64,000 bases of DNA from positions 1 to 64,000 of the IMG/VR virus record IMGVR_UViG_3300042691_005581; one strand, 5' to 3'. The number at the start of each line of letters is the position of its first letter. The stretch's first letter is position 1. The translations under genes were made by a program, and so were the position numbers. Under the pieces are notes generated by a model. It did no database searches and was not told the DNA's origin. It saw only the letters and a program-made list of their open reading frames with translations. Shown in pieces: positions 30,509-39,688 of this stretch. This stretch comes from a virus.

Positions 30509-31023
30509 TTGATAATCTTATCGTTTTTATATTGTGACCAGTCTGTAAAATTTTTACGATCCATTAGTGTGTGCAAACTGTGACTCCACACACCAGGGTT
30601 AGTTGCATTAAAATCTTTGTCGTCAATTTTAATCATCGTATTATAATTCCAAAGTTTTACATATGGAATAGGCACACGAATTTGAGGAATAAAATTTGAA
30701 TGTTCGTTTAGACTGCCATCGTGAAATTCTTCCACTGCACTTAGTGGAATGTCAAGACTGCATAGATAACCTTTTTCTAGGAAGAATTCGATCATATCTT
30801 CCCAGGCCTTCCAACCGTCGTAATCATTGAAGGCAGGATTGAAGCTGTGATTTGCACCAAAGAAAATATGCTCGCAACCTTGCAAGTTTATAGCAATAGT
30901 TTCTACAGGTTGAACACCTACTACAAACAGAGTTTTGAGTCCGTATGCAGGAGTATGTTCAATTTCGGTGCCAGTAAAGAATATCACTTCTTCTTTAATA
31001 CCAGTATCATAATCTCGTTTCAT
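30505..31023 (-). CDS. Conserved hypothetical protein of the deazaguanine cluster
   Basis: Lies between the dpdA-like and QueD-like genes; has its own promoter. Confidence 0.65.
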   Translation of the reverse strand: MKRDYDTGIKEEVIFFTGTEIEHTPAYGLKTLFVVGVQPVETIAINLQGCEHIFFGANHSFNPAFNDYDGWKAWEDMIEFFLEKGYLCSLDIPLSAVEEFHDGSLNEHSNFIPQIRVPIPYVKLWNYNTMIKIDDKDFNATNPGVWSHSLHTLMDRKNFTDWSQYKNDKIIK

Positions 31024-31029
31024 ATGTTA

Positions 31030-31058
31030 ACTATAGCAGACTTTATATTAGATGTCAA
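31030..31058 (-). promoter_or_regulatory. Sigma70-type promoter, predicted leaderless transcript
   Basis: TTGACA-17-TATAGT; the A of the ATG is 7 nt downstream (31023); no RBS. Confidence 0.65.
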
Positions 31059-32679
31059 TACTTTTTTCTAATGCACGTAGCTCGTCATCGTCCGGATTTT
31101 CTAAATCGATTTCTGCAGATTTGGTAACCGTTTCGATTTCAAACAGTCCATTGAAAGTATTTTGGGCAGGTCCACCTTGCAAACGAGATCCTTCCAAACT
31201 GCGTAAAAATGGGCCAGCATCGTCGATAATGGCAAATGCTTCTTCTTTGGATTTAGTATTAAATAGATCTTCGATAAAAGAACTAAAATACAAAATGTTA
31301 CGTGGAACCCAATCACTGTACTCGTCGCTCATATCGCTAGCTTTGACCTTCTTCCAATGTTTCCAAGTTAACTTATCTTTAGTCTTTGCAATTTCAATGT
31401 CCATTAACTGTTGAGCACGTTGTACAGCAACAATATGACATTCTACATTGTGACCCATCATTAATGCATAGGCAAAACTATCCCAAGATGTTTTATTAGG
31501 AATCTTACCTAGTTTATTAAGTCTAGGCACAACATGATAGTGTTCTGTATTCAAGTGATCAAACTTAGCACCATTTAACTCTGCATCAGTTTTGCGTTTG
31601 CCTAAATCATAATAGGCAATGTCTGCCATTGTTAAGCGTCTGCCGATTGACGATTCGAATGGGAATGGAATGTCGCTTCCTGCAAGTGCTTTGTTGTCTG
31701 GGGCCTTGTCCATAATAACACTCCACCTTTTTGGCGTGTGGACTGCGTTTGTGTAGACAAGTCCGTGCGCTGTTGCGATGAACGGTGAGGCGCAGTCAAA
31801 AGATATGGTAAGCTCTTCATTGATATGTTTCCTAATTTGTCTTTGAATTAACGTTAAGTAACAACTCCAGTCAAGTTGCGCTGTACCCAAGAAGTGGATC
31901 CAGTTTTTGCCCTTCAGCAAACCATCTTCTCTAAGCGTCATCATACGCTTGAGAGTAATATCCATCTTGCACATGTTAGCACCACCAAAGGCCCAACCTT
32001 CTGCTTCACGCCCTGCATACTTGCCTTTAGGGTCGCTAAATTCTTTTACACCTGCATACCACTTTTCAGCAGTGTCCCAATCACCGCCTTGAAGAACGTT
32101 AAGCCATTTAGTATGACCTAAACGATTCATTAGGAAGTAATCGTTATTGAATCGTGTCTTGTCTAGACAGTCTTCAAATGTTTTCAATCCAGTCTTAGGA
32201 CTGTGAATGTGATCACATGCCCAAGTAGGCACGTCTAGCATCATTGACCAATCAGCAGTTAGTTCTAACCACTCAAGAATCTTTTGACGAGTTTTAGTAG
32301 CTTCTTTGCCTTCAAAGTCGAGCCAGTCAAACTTAAGAACGCCCTTACCAATTTGGTATCCGCCGGAGTCTCCCAGAATCATTGTATTCCCGCGATCACG
32401 TTGTTGGATCATTGACTCCTGCGTCATACTCTTTTGTAAGTCTAACTGTGCGTGACCCGCAGAGTACAGACCATACTTATATGTGAAATATCCTTCTTCA
32501 GGATTTAGAAAGTTCATACCTTCAATGCCACGATCAAATCCTGCTGGAATTCGATCGTCAGAAATAAACTTTTCAAGCCTTTGTTTAGCGATGTATGTAC
32601 TATAGAAACTACTAATTGCTGGCAAATACACAGCATAGTCTTTCTGTAGTGGTGTTAGGTTAAGTTGTTGTTTGCTCAT
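31048..32679 (-). CDS. dpdA: DpdA/TGT-family 7-deazaguanine transglycosylase, probably DNA-acting
   Basis: TGT barrel motifs GDSGGYQ, MMLDVP, NVLQG, GWAFGG, HFLG, SFDCASP; clustered with folE and queE; no CxCxxC Zn site of bacterial tRNA TGT. Confidence 0.8.
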   Translation of the reverse strand: MSKQQLNLTPLQKDYAVYLPAISSFYSTYIAKQRLEKFISDDRIPAGFDRGIEGMNFLNPEEGYFTYKYGLYSAGHAQLDLQKSMTQESMIQQRDRGNTMILGDSGGYQIGKGVLKFDWLDFEGKEATKTRQKILEWLELTADWSMMLDVPTWACDHIHSPKTGLKTFEDCLDKTRFNNDYFLMNRLGHTKWLNVLQGGDWDTAEKWYAGVKEFSDPKGKYAGREAEGWAFGGANMCKMDITLKRMMTLREDGLLKGKNWIHFLGTAQLDWSCYLTLIQRQIRKHINEELTISFDCASPFIATAHGLVYTNAVHTPKRWSVIMDKAPDNKALAGSDIPFPFESSIGRRLTMADIAYYDLGKRKTDAELNGAKFDHLNTEHYHVVPRLNKLGKIPNKTSWDSFAYALMMGHNVECHIVAVQRAQQLMDIEIAKTKDKLTWKHWKKVKASDMSDEYSDWVPRNILYFSSFIEDLFNTKSKEEAFAIIDDAGPFLRSLEGSRLQGGPAQNTFNGLFEIETVTKSAEIDLENPDDDELRALEKSIDI

Positions 32680-33025
32680 CTTTACTCAATATTATTGTTG
32701 CTTTTAATTGTTCAGCGGCCCGTTTCATATTTTCATATGCTGCCTTAACAGCAGGATGACTTTCTGACAATTTTTCCAATGCCGCTTCTTCAGATATTTT
32801 ATTCATTGCCCATGATATTGCAGATTGGGCACTGCTGCTTAGACTTATAGTGGTATAGCTGGCAGCTATTTGCACCCAGTTACTTCCACTCCATACTTGC
32901 AAATCATTTCCATGAATACGGACCATACCCTGCATTGGATTATCTATGTTAGTAGGAATGTAAGGCATTGGTGATGTACCACCCCCTACCTCAATAAACG
33001 CACCACCGGCTATATCTTTTATCAT
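32660..33025 (-). CDS. Hypothetical protein
   Basis: Coupled ORF. Confidence 0.55.
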   Translation of the reverse strand: MIKDIAGGAFIEVGGGTSPMPYIPTNIDNPMQGMVRIHGNDLQVWSGSNWVQIAASYTTISLSSSAQSAISWAMNKISEEAALEKLSESHPAVKAAYENMKRAAEQLKATIILSKDEQTTT

Positions 33026-33756
33026 GCCTGTGCTGGAATAATATACTTGTAAGTTGCAATACCACTATCCATGGTGATCTGCATAGCACCTTCGTTTGAG
33101 AAACTAACTTTTGCATTATTAGAATCTGCAATCTTAAGGATGCTCAACACACTACTTACCGGCCATGTCCATGCTTTATTTAGGTTACCAGTAACTCCAC
33201 TTGCAAAAATAAATTCACCACCGTGTGTGCTTTGATCACCGAATACAAATTTCAAATTACCGTTATCTGTCTTGGCAAGGAATGTAGTGTGCTCATTATT
33301 TGCACTGGCTTGAAAGTTAAACCGTTGAACAGATTGCAGTGTAGGCACTACTTCTACATCCCATTTAACACCTTTAAACTTGATAGTTTTAAGTTTTTCA
33401 TTGATGATGTCAGTGTTCATAAAACGATAGTCGTTTTTAAAATCGCCAGTCTTATTTTCAAAATGCAGTCCTACTGGAATAGTGTCGCCGTTTCTATCAG
33501 CAGTAATAACTTCGATAGTTGCATCTTCTTTGTATTCTGGGCAATCCAAATGATACTTTAGTTTGTTAAGTTGTGGCATGCCGAATACACCAATCATATC
33601 TGGGTTTGGATTAGTAGTCTCTGCATACATGATAACGCTACGGTCATCGGCCATTGAATCGATCGCTGTTTTCTTTTCATCACCAGTAATCTTAACAATG
33701 TTAAGAAAACCTAAATTGTGTGTATGCGATACGATATCTTGTAAAATGTCTTTCAT
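33022..33756 (-). CDS. Probable sliding clamp (gp45/PCNA-like)
   Basis: 244 aa, alpha/beta two-domain pattern, ends YKYIIPA; immediately downstream of polB. Confidence 0.6.
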   Translation of the reverse strand: MKDILQDIVSHTHNLGFLNIVKITGDEKKTAIDSMADDRSVIMYAETTNPNPDMIGVFGMPQLNKLKYHLDCPEYKEDATIEVITADRNGDTIPVGLHFENKTGDFKNDYRFMNTDIINEKLKTIKFKGVKWDVEVVPTLQSVQRFNFQASANNEHTTFLAKTDNGNLKFVFGDQSTHGGEFIFASGVTGNLNKAWTWPVSSVLSILKIADSNNAKVSFSNEGAMQITMDSGIATYKYIIPAQA

Positions 33757-33774
33757 GATTAATTCCTTTTGTTT

Positions 33775-33803
33775 AGTTTATTTAGATTTAGCAACAATGT
33801 CAA
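33775..33803 (-). promoter_or_regulatory. Composite sigma70 plus late-type promoter
   Basis: TTGACA-17-TAAACT with CTAAATA overlapping the spacer and -10. Confidence 0.6.
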
Positions 33804-33833
33804 ATATTTTTTTGCCTAAAATTGCCATTTAGA

Positions 33834-36503
33834 TTATTCGAATGTAAAAAGAGAACCGAATGTGTTGGTCTGAGTTGTGGAATCTAAATCCCATTCTAAC
33901 ACACCGATTAAATTATCAATTTTGTTATTGATAATAGTTGCCTCCATCTCTGCGTGGTTAAATGGTAATTCTTGAAACCATTTAGGCAATCGTAATTCAT
34001 CGACTGGATATGCTACTGAAGTGTATCCTAACGGATTTTCTTTTACCTTACAAACAATAACTTTCATGCCGTCGACAATACCCATCGAGTATTTGTCACC
34101 ATTCATGCGTTTTAAGGTATTCCAGTTAATAGCTGCTCGAACGTGTCCGGGCATGTTTGCTTTGCCAGCTTTTACTTCCTTGGCTTGATATTCAGCAATG
34201 TTGTTGGCACGTTTTGGACTTCCTTTTTCCCATCCTGGCCGGGCCTTAAATTCAGTTCGGAATTCGCTAATACGGTCTAGAATTTCTTTTTCTTGAGCAC
34301 CATTAAGCACCTTAGTTAGAATTTCTGTTAAGAATTCTTGCATAAATTCTGGAGTATCTGAACGCTTCAAATCTAATCCCATAGCCTTGATCTTGCCCGG
34401 TTTGCCATCTAAGTCCTGACGTTTTCCTTCCTTGTCATAGTAAAGAATTGCGTATCTTTTCTTAGTCATGTAGATACCTTTGATTGCTACAAATTCTCTA
34501 CCAGCTTTGATAACTTCTCCTCGACTTTTAGGACAGTGAAATGAGTCCAACATAAATTGAGAAAATGTTCCGTTAACTTCATTAGCGATAGAGTCATATA
34601 GTTGAACAACGGTATCTTTGGTCCAAGGAATTTCTCCCTTATCGATTTCTTTCCTTAAGGAAGTATAAGCACTAAAATATGCAGAGTCAGTGTCACCGTA
34701 GATAATAGCCTTACCTACATGATCATATTCTCCAGTAATTACTTCGTTAATTTTTGAAGCCATGTGTCTAGCAATTGCACGACCGGTAAGAGTGGTAGAT
34801 TGACCAATACGGTTATCGAAGAAGCGGCATCCTGCATTAAGAATAGCACCATACAAACTGTTCAAGTTAATTTTCTTAACTAGCTGACGTTTGTCCCAGT
34901 ATTCTTCTTCAATTTTATTACCGGCAGTAATGGCTGCTTTAAGTTTTGCCTGCATCTCTTTACGCTCAGCATACCAACGTTTCAACAATCCTGGAATAAC
35001 ACCTTCGTGTTCGTGTGTGAAAATAGTACCGTTGGCACTGAGCATCCAGGGCTTGCCGCTGTTAAAAATTAACTCAAATATTTGAGCGCCACTCATTACA
35101 TCAGTTTCGCCGTTTTCCCAATCAATAATGATGTCGTGCGTCTTGTCTTGACTCATTACAAATTCATATTCGTTGGCTCCAAATTTGCCTTCCCATGCTG
35201 CTGCAAAACTATTTCCCTTGGCAATTTTAGTTTCAATTTCTGCTTTGGTATAGTCCTGACGCAACTGTCCAACAATAGTCTCTGGACCCATATTCAATGC
35301 ACGAATAACTGAAGGATACAAACTGTTAATGTCCATTGAGCCAATCCAATCATGCAGACCTTTTTTAGGATATGCAACATATGCACCTGCGGCTTGAGTA
35401 TCAACAAGGTCGTCCCTGTTCTTACGACTAGGAACAATCATTCCACGGTGATGTGCTTCATTTACAATGGCCTGCTCTGTAACTGCTACAGCACCCATAG
35501 TGGTCTGTAACAACACTGTACATTCATGTGCTAGTGTATTTGCTAGGTCAATAAATTTTAATTTATTATCTAGTTTATTCAGCAATGCAGTATCTTGTCT
35601 GTTGTATTCGATAAACTTTTTAAAATCATTGTTATACAATTGATCCAATGTGCCTTCGTAAACAGTTTTACTTTCGCCTACTTCCATTTCTCCAATGGCA
35701 TCCAATCGGTATGTGTGGCGTTCTTCATAGGTGTATTTGCGGTACAGCTCGAGACTGTCCAGATGAACACGACCAACCAAATCATAAGTAACAGCCGCTT
35801 TTCCATATTTTTCATACTCCCTTTTCTTAGGAAATTGATCCCATAGGCAAAATCTACGAGTATCTTCTTTGCTCAACACTTTAGTAACTCGATTGACAGT
35901 ATAAGGCATATCGAATCCTTCACTGTTCCAACCGCTTAAAATATCAGCATCTTGAATTAAGTTTAGAAATGTATCTAACATGTCTGCTTCGTTATCAAAC
36001 AGAATTGTGTTAGGAAAATCTTTAATTTGTTCCTGTGCCTGTTCCATAGTTAGTGTCTTGGGCGGAACTGCAAGACATACTAATGTGTCCAACCATTGTA
36101 GATGAACGGCAATGGCAGTAATTGGCATGAAGGCATCATCGGGTGATGCATATCCACGTTCTGGATCGAAGTCTACCTCAATATCCCAAAACGCTACGTT
36201 TAGTTTTGGAGGCTCTTTGCCTAGATAGTTTTCTTCTAATGTACGAAAGACTACGTTAATATCACTTTCGAACAGTCGTTGATTACTGTGGATTCTTTGT
36301 TCTTTTTGAAATTCTTTGTGGTTTTTACATACCACTTTTGACAGGCTTTCGCCGTGAATCGATCTATATTTTCCCTTAGGGTCAGGGTAGTAAAAAATAT
36401 ATCTTGCAGGGTACTCCTGATATATTCTTCCTTTTTTTGGATCCCGTTCGACAATCTTAATGACGTCGTTGTCTTTATTCCAAATGGCGTCGACATAACT
36501 CAT
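33834..36503 (-). CDS. Family B DNA polymerase with 3'-5' exonuclease
   Basis: WDIE, GWNSEGFDMPY, YNRQD, DINSLYPS, KINLNSLYG, YGDTDS, KKRY. Confidence 0.97.
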   Translation of the reverse strand: MSYVDAIWNKDNDVIKIVERDPKKGRIYQEYPARYIFYYPDPKGKYRSIHGESLSKVVCKNHKEFQKEQRIHSNQRLFESDINVVFRTLEENYLGKEPPKLNVAFWDIEVDFDPERGYASPDDAFMPITAIAVHLQWLDTLVCLAVPPKTLTMEQAQEQIKDFPNTILFDNEADMLDTFLNLIQDADILSGWNSEGFDMPYTVNRVTKVLSKEDTRRFCLWDQFPKKREYEKYGKAAVTYDLVGRVHLDSLELYRKYTYEERHTYRLDAIGEMEVGESKTVYEGTLDQLYNNDFKKFIEYNRQDTALLNKLDNKLKFIDLANTLAHECTVLLQTTMGAVAVTEQAIVNEAHHRGMIVPSRKNRDDLVDTQAAGAYVAYPKKGLHDWIGSMDINSLYPSVIRALNMGPETIVGQLRQDYTKAEIETKIAKGNSFAAAWEGKFGANEYEFVMSQDKTHDIIIDWENGETDVMSGAQIFELIFNSGKPWMLSANGTIFTHEHEGVIPGLLKRWYAERKEMQAKLKAAITAGNKIEEEYWDKRQLVKKINLNSLYGAILNAGCRFFDNRIGQSTTLTGRAIARHMASKINEVITGEYDHVGKAIIYGDTDSAYFSAYTSLRKEIDKGEIPWTKDTVVQLYDSIANEVNGTFSQFMLDSFHCPKSRGEVIKAGREFVAIKGIYMTKKRYAILYYDKEGKRQDLDGKPGKIKAMGLDLKRSDTPEFMQEFLTEILTKVLNGAQEKEILDRISEFRTEFKARPGWEKGSPKRANNIAEYQAKEVKAGKANMPGHVRAAINWNTLKRMNGDKYSMGIVDGMKVIVCKVKENPLGYTSVAYPVDELRLPKWFQELPFNHAEMEATIINNKIDNLIGVLEWDLDSTTQTNTFGSLFTFE

Positions 36504-36510
36504 ATTTTTT

Positions 36511-36570
36511 TCTCCTTACCGTTTATGGCCGGCAAACCTTCATAATACGATTTGTGGCTCGTTAAACCTT
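36511..36570 (-). promoter_or_regulatory. Tandem structured RNA leader of polB (two hairpin/pseudoknot units with 30-nt period)
   Basis: AAGGUUU-AACGA-GCCACAAA-UCGUA and AAGGUUU-GCCG-GCCAUAAA-CGGUA, the second abutting AAGGAG. Confidence 0.6.
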
Positions 36571-36583
36571 TATTCTTATATAT

Positions 36584-36871
36584 TTACATCAACATTCGAA
36601 TTAAACCCACAGCATCGATTGTGGTAAGTAAAAGATAATTTGCGAGCATTCCGAAGGATCGACGAGTGTAAGCAGCCCAAGCGTACATAGCGCAGCCTGT
36701 AATCCAAAGAGGATATAGAATAAGTAGCGGCGGATTTGGGACTGTTGCTGCCATTGTAATTGAACAACCAATAGATATCGCCCAAGCAACCAACTCAATA
36801 GTGAAGCGAAAAGGATAAGACTTAAAGTCATCTCGAATCCAAGAAAAGATTCCTTGTAGTATATTGTTCAT
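36584..36871 (-). CDS. Small three-TM membrane protein
   Basis: Three hydrophobic segments. Confidence 0.65.
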   Translation of the reverse strand: MNNILQGIFSWIRDDFKSYPFRFTIELVAWAISIGCSITMAATVPNPPLLILYPLWITGCAMYAWAAYTRRSFGMLANYLLLTTIDAVGLIRMLM

Positions 36872-37140
36872 TAATCATCGCGTCGGTTAGCGTGACCTGC
36901 AATATCAACAATAGTTTCGAGATCGTCAAATTCGCGGAATACTTGATCCCATTGATCTTTTTGTGCGATTTTAATTGCTTTGCGAATGACACTAGGTTTT
37001 ACCTCTAGTTCTTCTGCTACTGCTTTGATAGTTTCGTTCAATCCTTCTGTAAGGTCTTGAATTTCCTGCATAACAGTCATTCCTTCCGAAACGATCTGTT
37101 TAATTTTTGCCTGCTCTGGGGCGCCGAATGCTTTGCTCAT
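36871..37140 (-). CDS. Small dsDNA-binding protein (T4 DsbA/GapR-like coiled helix)
   Basis: EIQDL.E...E.IKAVAEEL..KPSVIRKAIK pattern; strong RBS and own promoter. Confidence 0.55.
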   Translation of the reverse strand: MSKAFGAPEQAKIKQIVSEGMTVMQEIQDLTEGLNETIKAVAEELEVKPSVIRKAIKIAQKDQWDQVFREFDDLETIVDIAGHANRRDD

Positions 37141-37159
37141 AGTAGTTCTCCTTGTTACT

Positions 37160-37188
37160 ATTGTAACGTGCTACTATTTAAATGTCAA
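37160..37188 (-). promoter_or_regulatory. Sigma70-type promoter with TAAATA in the spacer
   Basis: TTGACA-17-TACAAT followed by AGTAACAA, the same as at the moxR promoter. Confidence 0.75.
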
Positions 37189-37189
37189 C

Positions 37190-37762
37190 TTATTTTATAC
37201 CTACTATCATGAAACGGTGATATTTTGTTTCAGGATCTTCCAATTGAACTGTATCTTTAAACAAAATTTCCGACATAGGAAAATCGTTTTCTAGATCGGA
37301 TAACTTTTCATGTGGTGTATTATTTGTTTCGTTTCTTGATTGTAACACAACAACAGTTCCTTTGGGGATGTTGTCCCACCAAGCAGAATCATCGATGTCC
37401 AATATACTGGTATTGATAACCATACTGTTTTGATCAATTTGTTGGTAATTTAACAAATTTACATCTTTTATCATGTGTTCTATAGGAATCTCAATGTTAG
37501 CATCGCTAACCATTTTCCTCCCTAATTCGACATGTTTTTTATTTTTGTCTACATTGATAATTTTATCAGCGGTTATGCCTAGCTTGCTTAATATAATAGA
37601 CATGTTACTGTACCAACTGCCTAAAATATATACAGTGCTGAAATTTGTCTTGTTAAGTTTTTTTAGAGTTTGAACAATCCAGATTTTACTATATAGTAGA
37701 TCGTCAGTTATACTGCCTTCTGGACTTACTGGACTGCTTTCTAACAGATCATTCACTTTCAT
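37190..37762 (-). CDS. Class I SAM-methyltransferase-like protein with capsid-targeting-like N-terminus
   Basis: VYILGSWYS, IINVD, DVN, VINTS Rossmann pattern; MKVNDLLE. Confidence 0.55.
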   Translation of the reverse strand: MKVNDLLESSPVSPEGSITDDLLYSKIWIVQTLKKLNKTNFSTVYILGSWYSNMSIILSKLGITADKIINVDKNKKHVELGRKMVSDANIEIPIEHMIKDVNLLNYQQIDQNSMVINTSILDIDDSAWWDNIPKGTVVVLQSRNETNNTPHEKLSDLENDFPMSEILFKDTVQLEDPETKYHRFMIVGIK

Positions 37763-38045
37763 GTTTGCGCTCTCCAGTAAGATAGGGCAAACTAAACCAT
37801 AGTTGGAACCATTCTGGTGTTCCCGGTCTTATGTTTTTCTCTCGCATTATTCTTGCATTTTCTGCTGCGGTGTGCGTTATATTGTTACCGACAGTTTCTT
37901 GAAGTTGGGGAGTATGACCTAGTCCCGCAAGATATTGCATTCTTGCTAATTCATATGCAGGATCGTTTGGCGGCAAAATACAATCATCATCTGAGGGTTT
38001 TATCAGATGGGATGCATTTATTTTAACTTGCCGCCATTCGCTCAT
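37749..38045 (-). CDS. Hypothetical protein (PGTPEWF motif)
   Basis: Coupled ORF. Confidence 0.6.
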   Translation of the reverse strand: MSEWRQVKINASHLIKPSDDDCILPPNDPAYELARMQYLAGLGHTPQLQETVGNNITHTAAENARIMREKNIRPGTPEWFQLWFSLPYLTGERKHESE

Positions 38046-38902
38046 TTCTTAAGAGTTTCGTTTAGCATTGTCTGCAATCTTAACTCGTACCAGTTAGATT
38101 CCATAGGCACACACTTATCTTTATAAGTACCATCGGCTTTCTTTACCTTACCGGCATAACGCTTACCTTTCCAACAAGCCTTTCCGTCCACACCTTTAAC
38201 TTTTTCTTCTGCCACACCTTGCTCTTTGTTTGATGTTGATTTCTTGACAGGGCCAAAACCATGTAAACGATTGTCAGCTTTAACTGCGCCACGAGCACGA
38301 TTTGCAATTTTTGGAGTAGTTGGTGCGTTATAGTTAGTTGCTCCAGGACTTGCTTGTACTTGGGCTCGTGCTTTATTTTTATATGAAGTTAATGTTGCCG
38401 GAGACAATTCGTTAACCTGTTTGGAGCTTTCTGACAAACTATCTTCTTCACTTTGCATATAATCCCAAACTGTAACTAACATGCTTTTAGCAACTGCAAT
38501 TTTTTCTTGACACCATTCAGGCAAATTATCGCCGGCATTGATTAATTCATCTAATCCTACTACTGCACGATGTAGAGTTTCTAAATTGTTGTCAGCCATG
38601 CCTGCTTCGTCGTTGTATTCTGCATCGTCGACGTTTTCATTTTTTTTATTGTTTGCTAATGCATTAGCTGCTATACCTCCAACAACTGCTCTACCTACTG
38701 CTCCGGCAATGGGAGCCAGTGCTGCAAATTCTGCAAGCTCTTTATTTTTATGTTTTTGCCCACGAACTTGATCAGCTGATCTCTTTTTATCCTTATGCTC
38801 GCCAGATCCTGATCCTACAGTTTGGTGAGCCTTGGCTACTGGATTTTTTGTTTTAAGAGTGTATTTTACAGCTTTTACACCTTTTTTATGTTCGTTGATC
38901 AT
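38042..38902 (-). CDS. Modular probable internal head protein
   Basis: Short modules separated by [LIV]xE sites; ACWKG.R..G...CVP module. Confidence 0.6.
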   Translation of the reverse strand: MINEHKKGVKAVKYTLKTKNPVAKAHQTVGSGSGEHKDKKRSADQVRGQKHKNKELAEFAALAPIAGAVGRAVVGGIAANALANNKKNENVDDAEYNDEAGMADNNLETLHRAVVGLDELINAGDNLPEWCQEKIAVAKSMLVTVWDYMQSEEDSLSESSKQVNELSPATLTSYKNKARAQVQASPGATNYNAPTTPKIANRARGAVKADNRLHGFGPVKKSTSNKEQGVAEEKVKGVDGKACWKGKRYAGKVKKADGTYKDKCVPMESNWYELRLQTMLNETLKK

Positions 38903-38912
38903 TTTAAATTCC

Positions 38913-39323
38913 TTAGACTATTAGATTATCTGAATTTCCTGGAGCCGATGCTACGGAACCAGAACCTGATGATCCGCCGCTTGCGCTTTCTTGAGATTTA
39001 GGTTGCCAAAATTTTCCTCGACCAAAGAACATATTTGCACGTTGATTTTCGAATGGACTATACCACTTGCCGCTTTTAGTTCTGAACAGTCCTGCTTTTT
39101 CAGCATCAGCTTCTTTCCCTGGCTGCACGTTGTAAAAATACACTCCATTGGCTGGTACTGATTTAAACTTTTTTTCAAAATTGGGTTGATCTTCGTGACC
39201 TAACTCGTGCTCCATTTCTCGACGTTTAAAATCACGTTTATTGGCGTCCATTTGATCCTGTTGATTACGTTCGTAATCTAAGGGGTTGTATCGATTTTCG
39301 CCTAATAGATCTATTATTTTCAT
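38913..39323 (-). CDS. Probable internal head protein
   Basis: MKIIDLLGE N-terminus. Confidence 0.55.
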   Translation of the reverse strand: MKIIDLLGENRYNPLDYERNQQDQMDANKRDFKRREMEHELGHEDQPNFEKKFKSVPANGVYFYNVQPGKEADAEKAGLFRTKSGKWYSPFENQRANMFFGRGKFWQPKSQESASGGSSGSGSVASAPGNSDNLIV

Positions 39324-39688
39324 TTCTTTTTCATCCAGTTTGCAACAGGGCTTGTTGTATTTGTGCTCTTTAACTCTTGACTGTTTGAGTCGCCATGATT
39401 TAAATCTTGATAATTTGCACCTGCAACCTTATATGCAATTTTTAACATGTCTTCTTCTGCTTTACTATACGGTGCTGCTAATTTAGATTTTCCTATCCAG
39501 CTTTCAGTGTCCATGTCTGGTACTATTTCCCCGTCAGTGCCTGCAACTGCAAGTCCTAATCTATATAGTGTATAATCACCGTTCCATCGATCTGCATCTG
39601 AAAATTTGTGCAGGCCGCGAGTTGGCTGCTGTTGGCGACTAGTAAGTGTGCCCTTCTTGCCTTCATCGATGAATTCTTTTGCTCTCAT
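39320..39688 (-). CDS. Probable internal head protein
   Basis: MRAKEFIDE, close to the T4 capsid-targeting sequence MKTYQEFIAE. Confidence 0.6.
   Translation of the reverse strand: MRAKEFIDEGKKGTLTSRQQQPTRGLHKFSDADRWNGDYTLYRLGLAVAGTDGEIVPDMDTESWIGKSKLAAPYSKAEEDMLKIAYKVAGANYQDLNHGDSNSQELKSTNTTSPVANWMKKK

Noticed and set aside
31048-32679. Ordinary tRNA-guanine transglycosylase (tgt)
   Set aside because: It is much longer, lacks the CxCxxC zinc site, and its context beside the replisome favours a DNA-acting DpdA; tRNA activity is not formally excluded.
36511-36570. preQ1-I riboswitch, tempting given the deazaguanine genes
   Set aside because: Lacks the 5-bp P1 and long A-rich tail of preQ1-I and precedes polB rather than que genes; kept only as an unknown structured leader.
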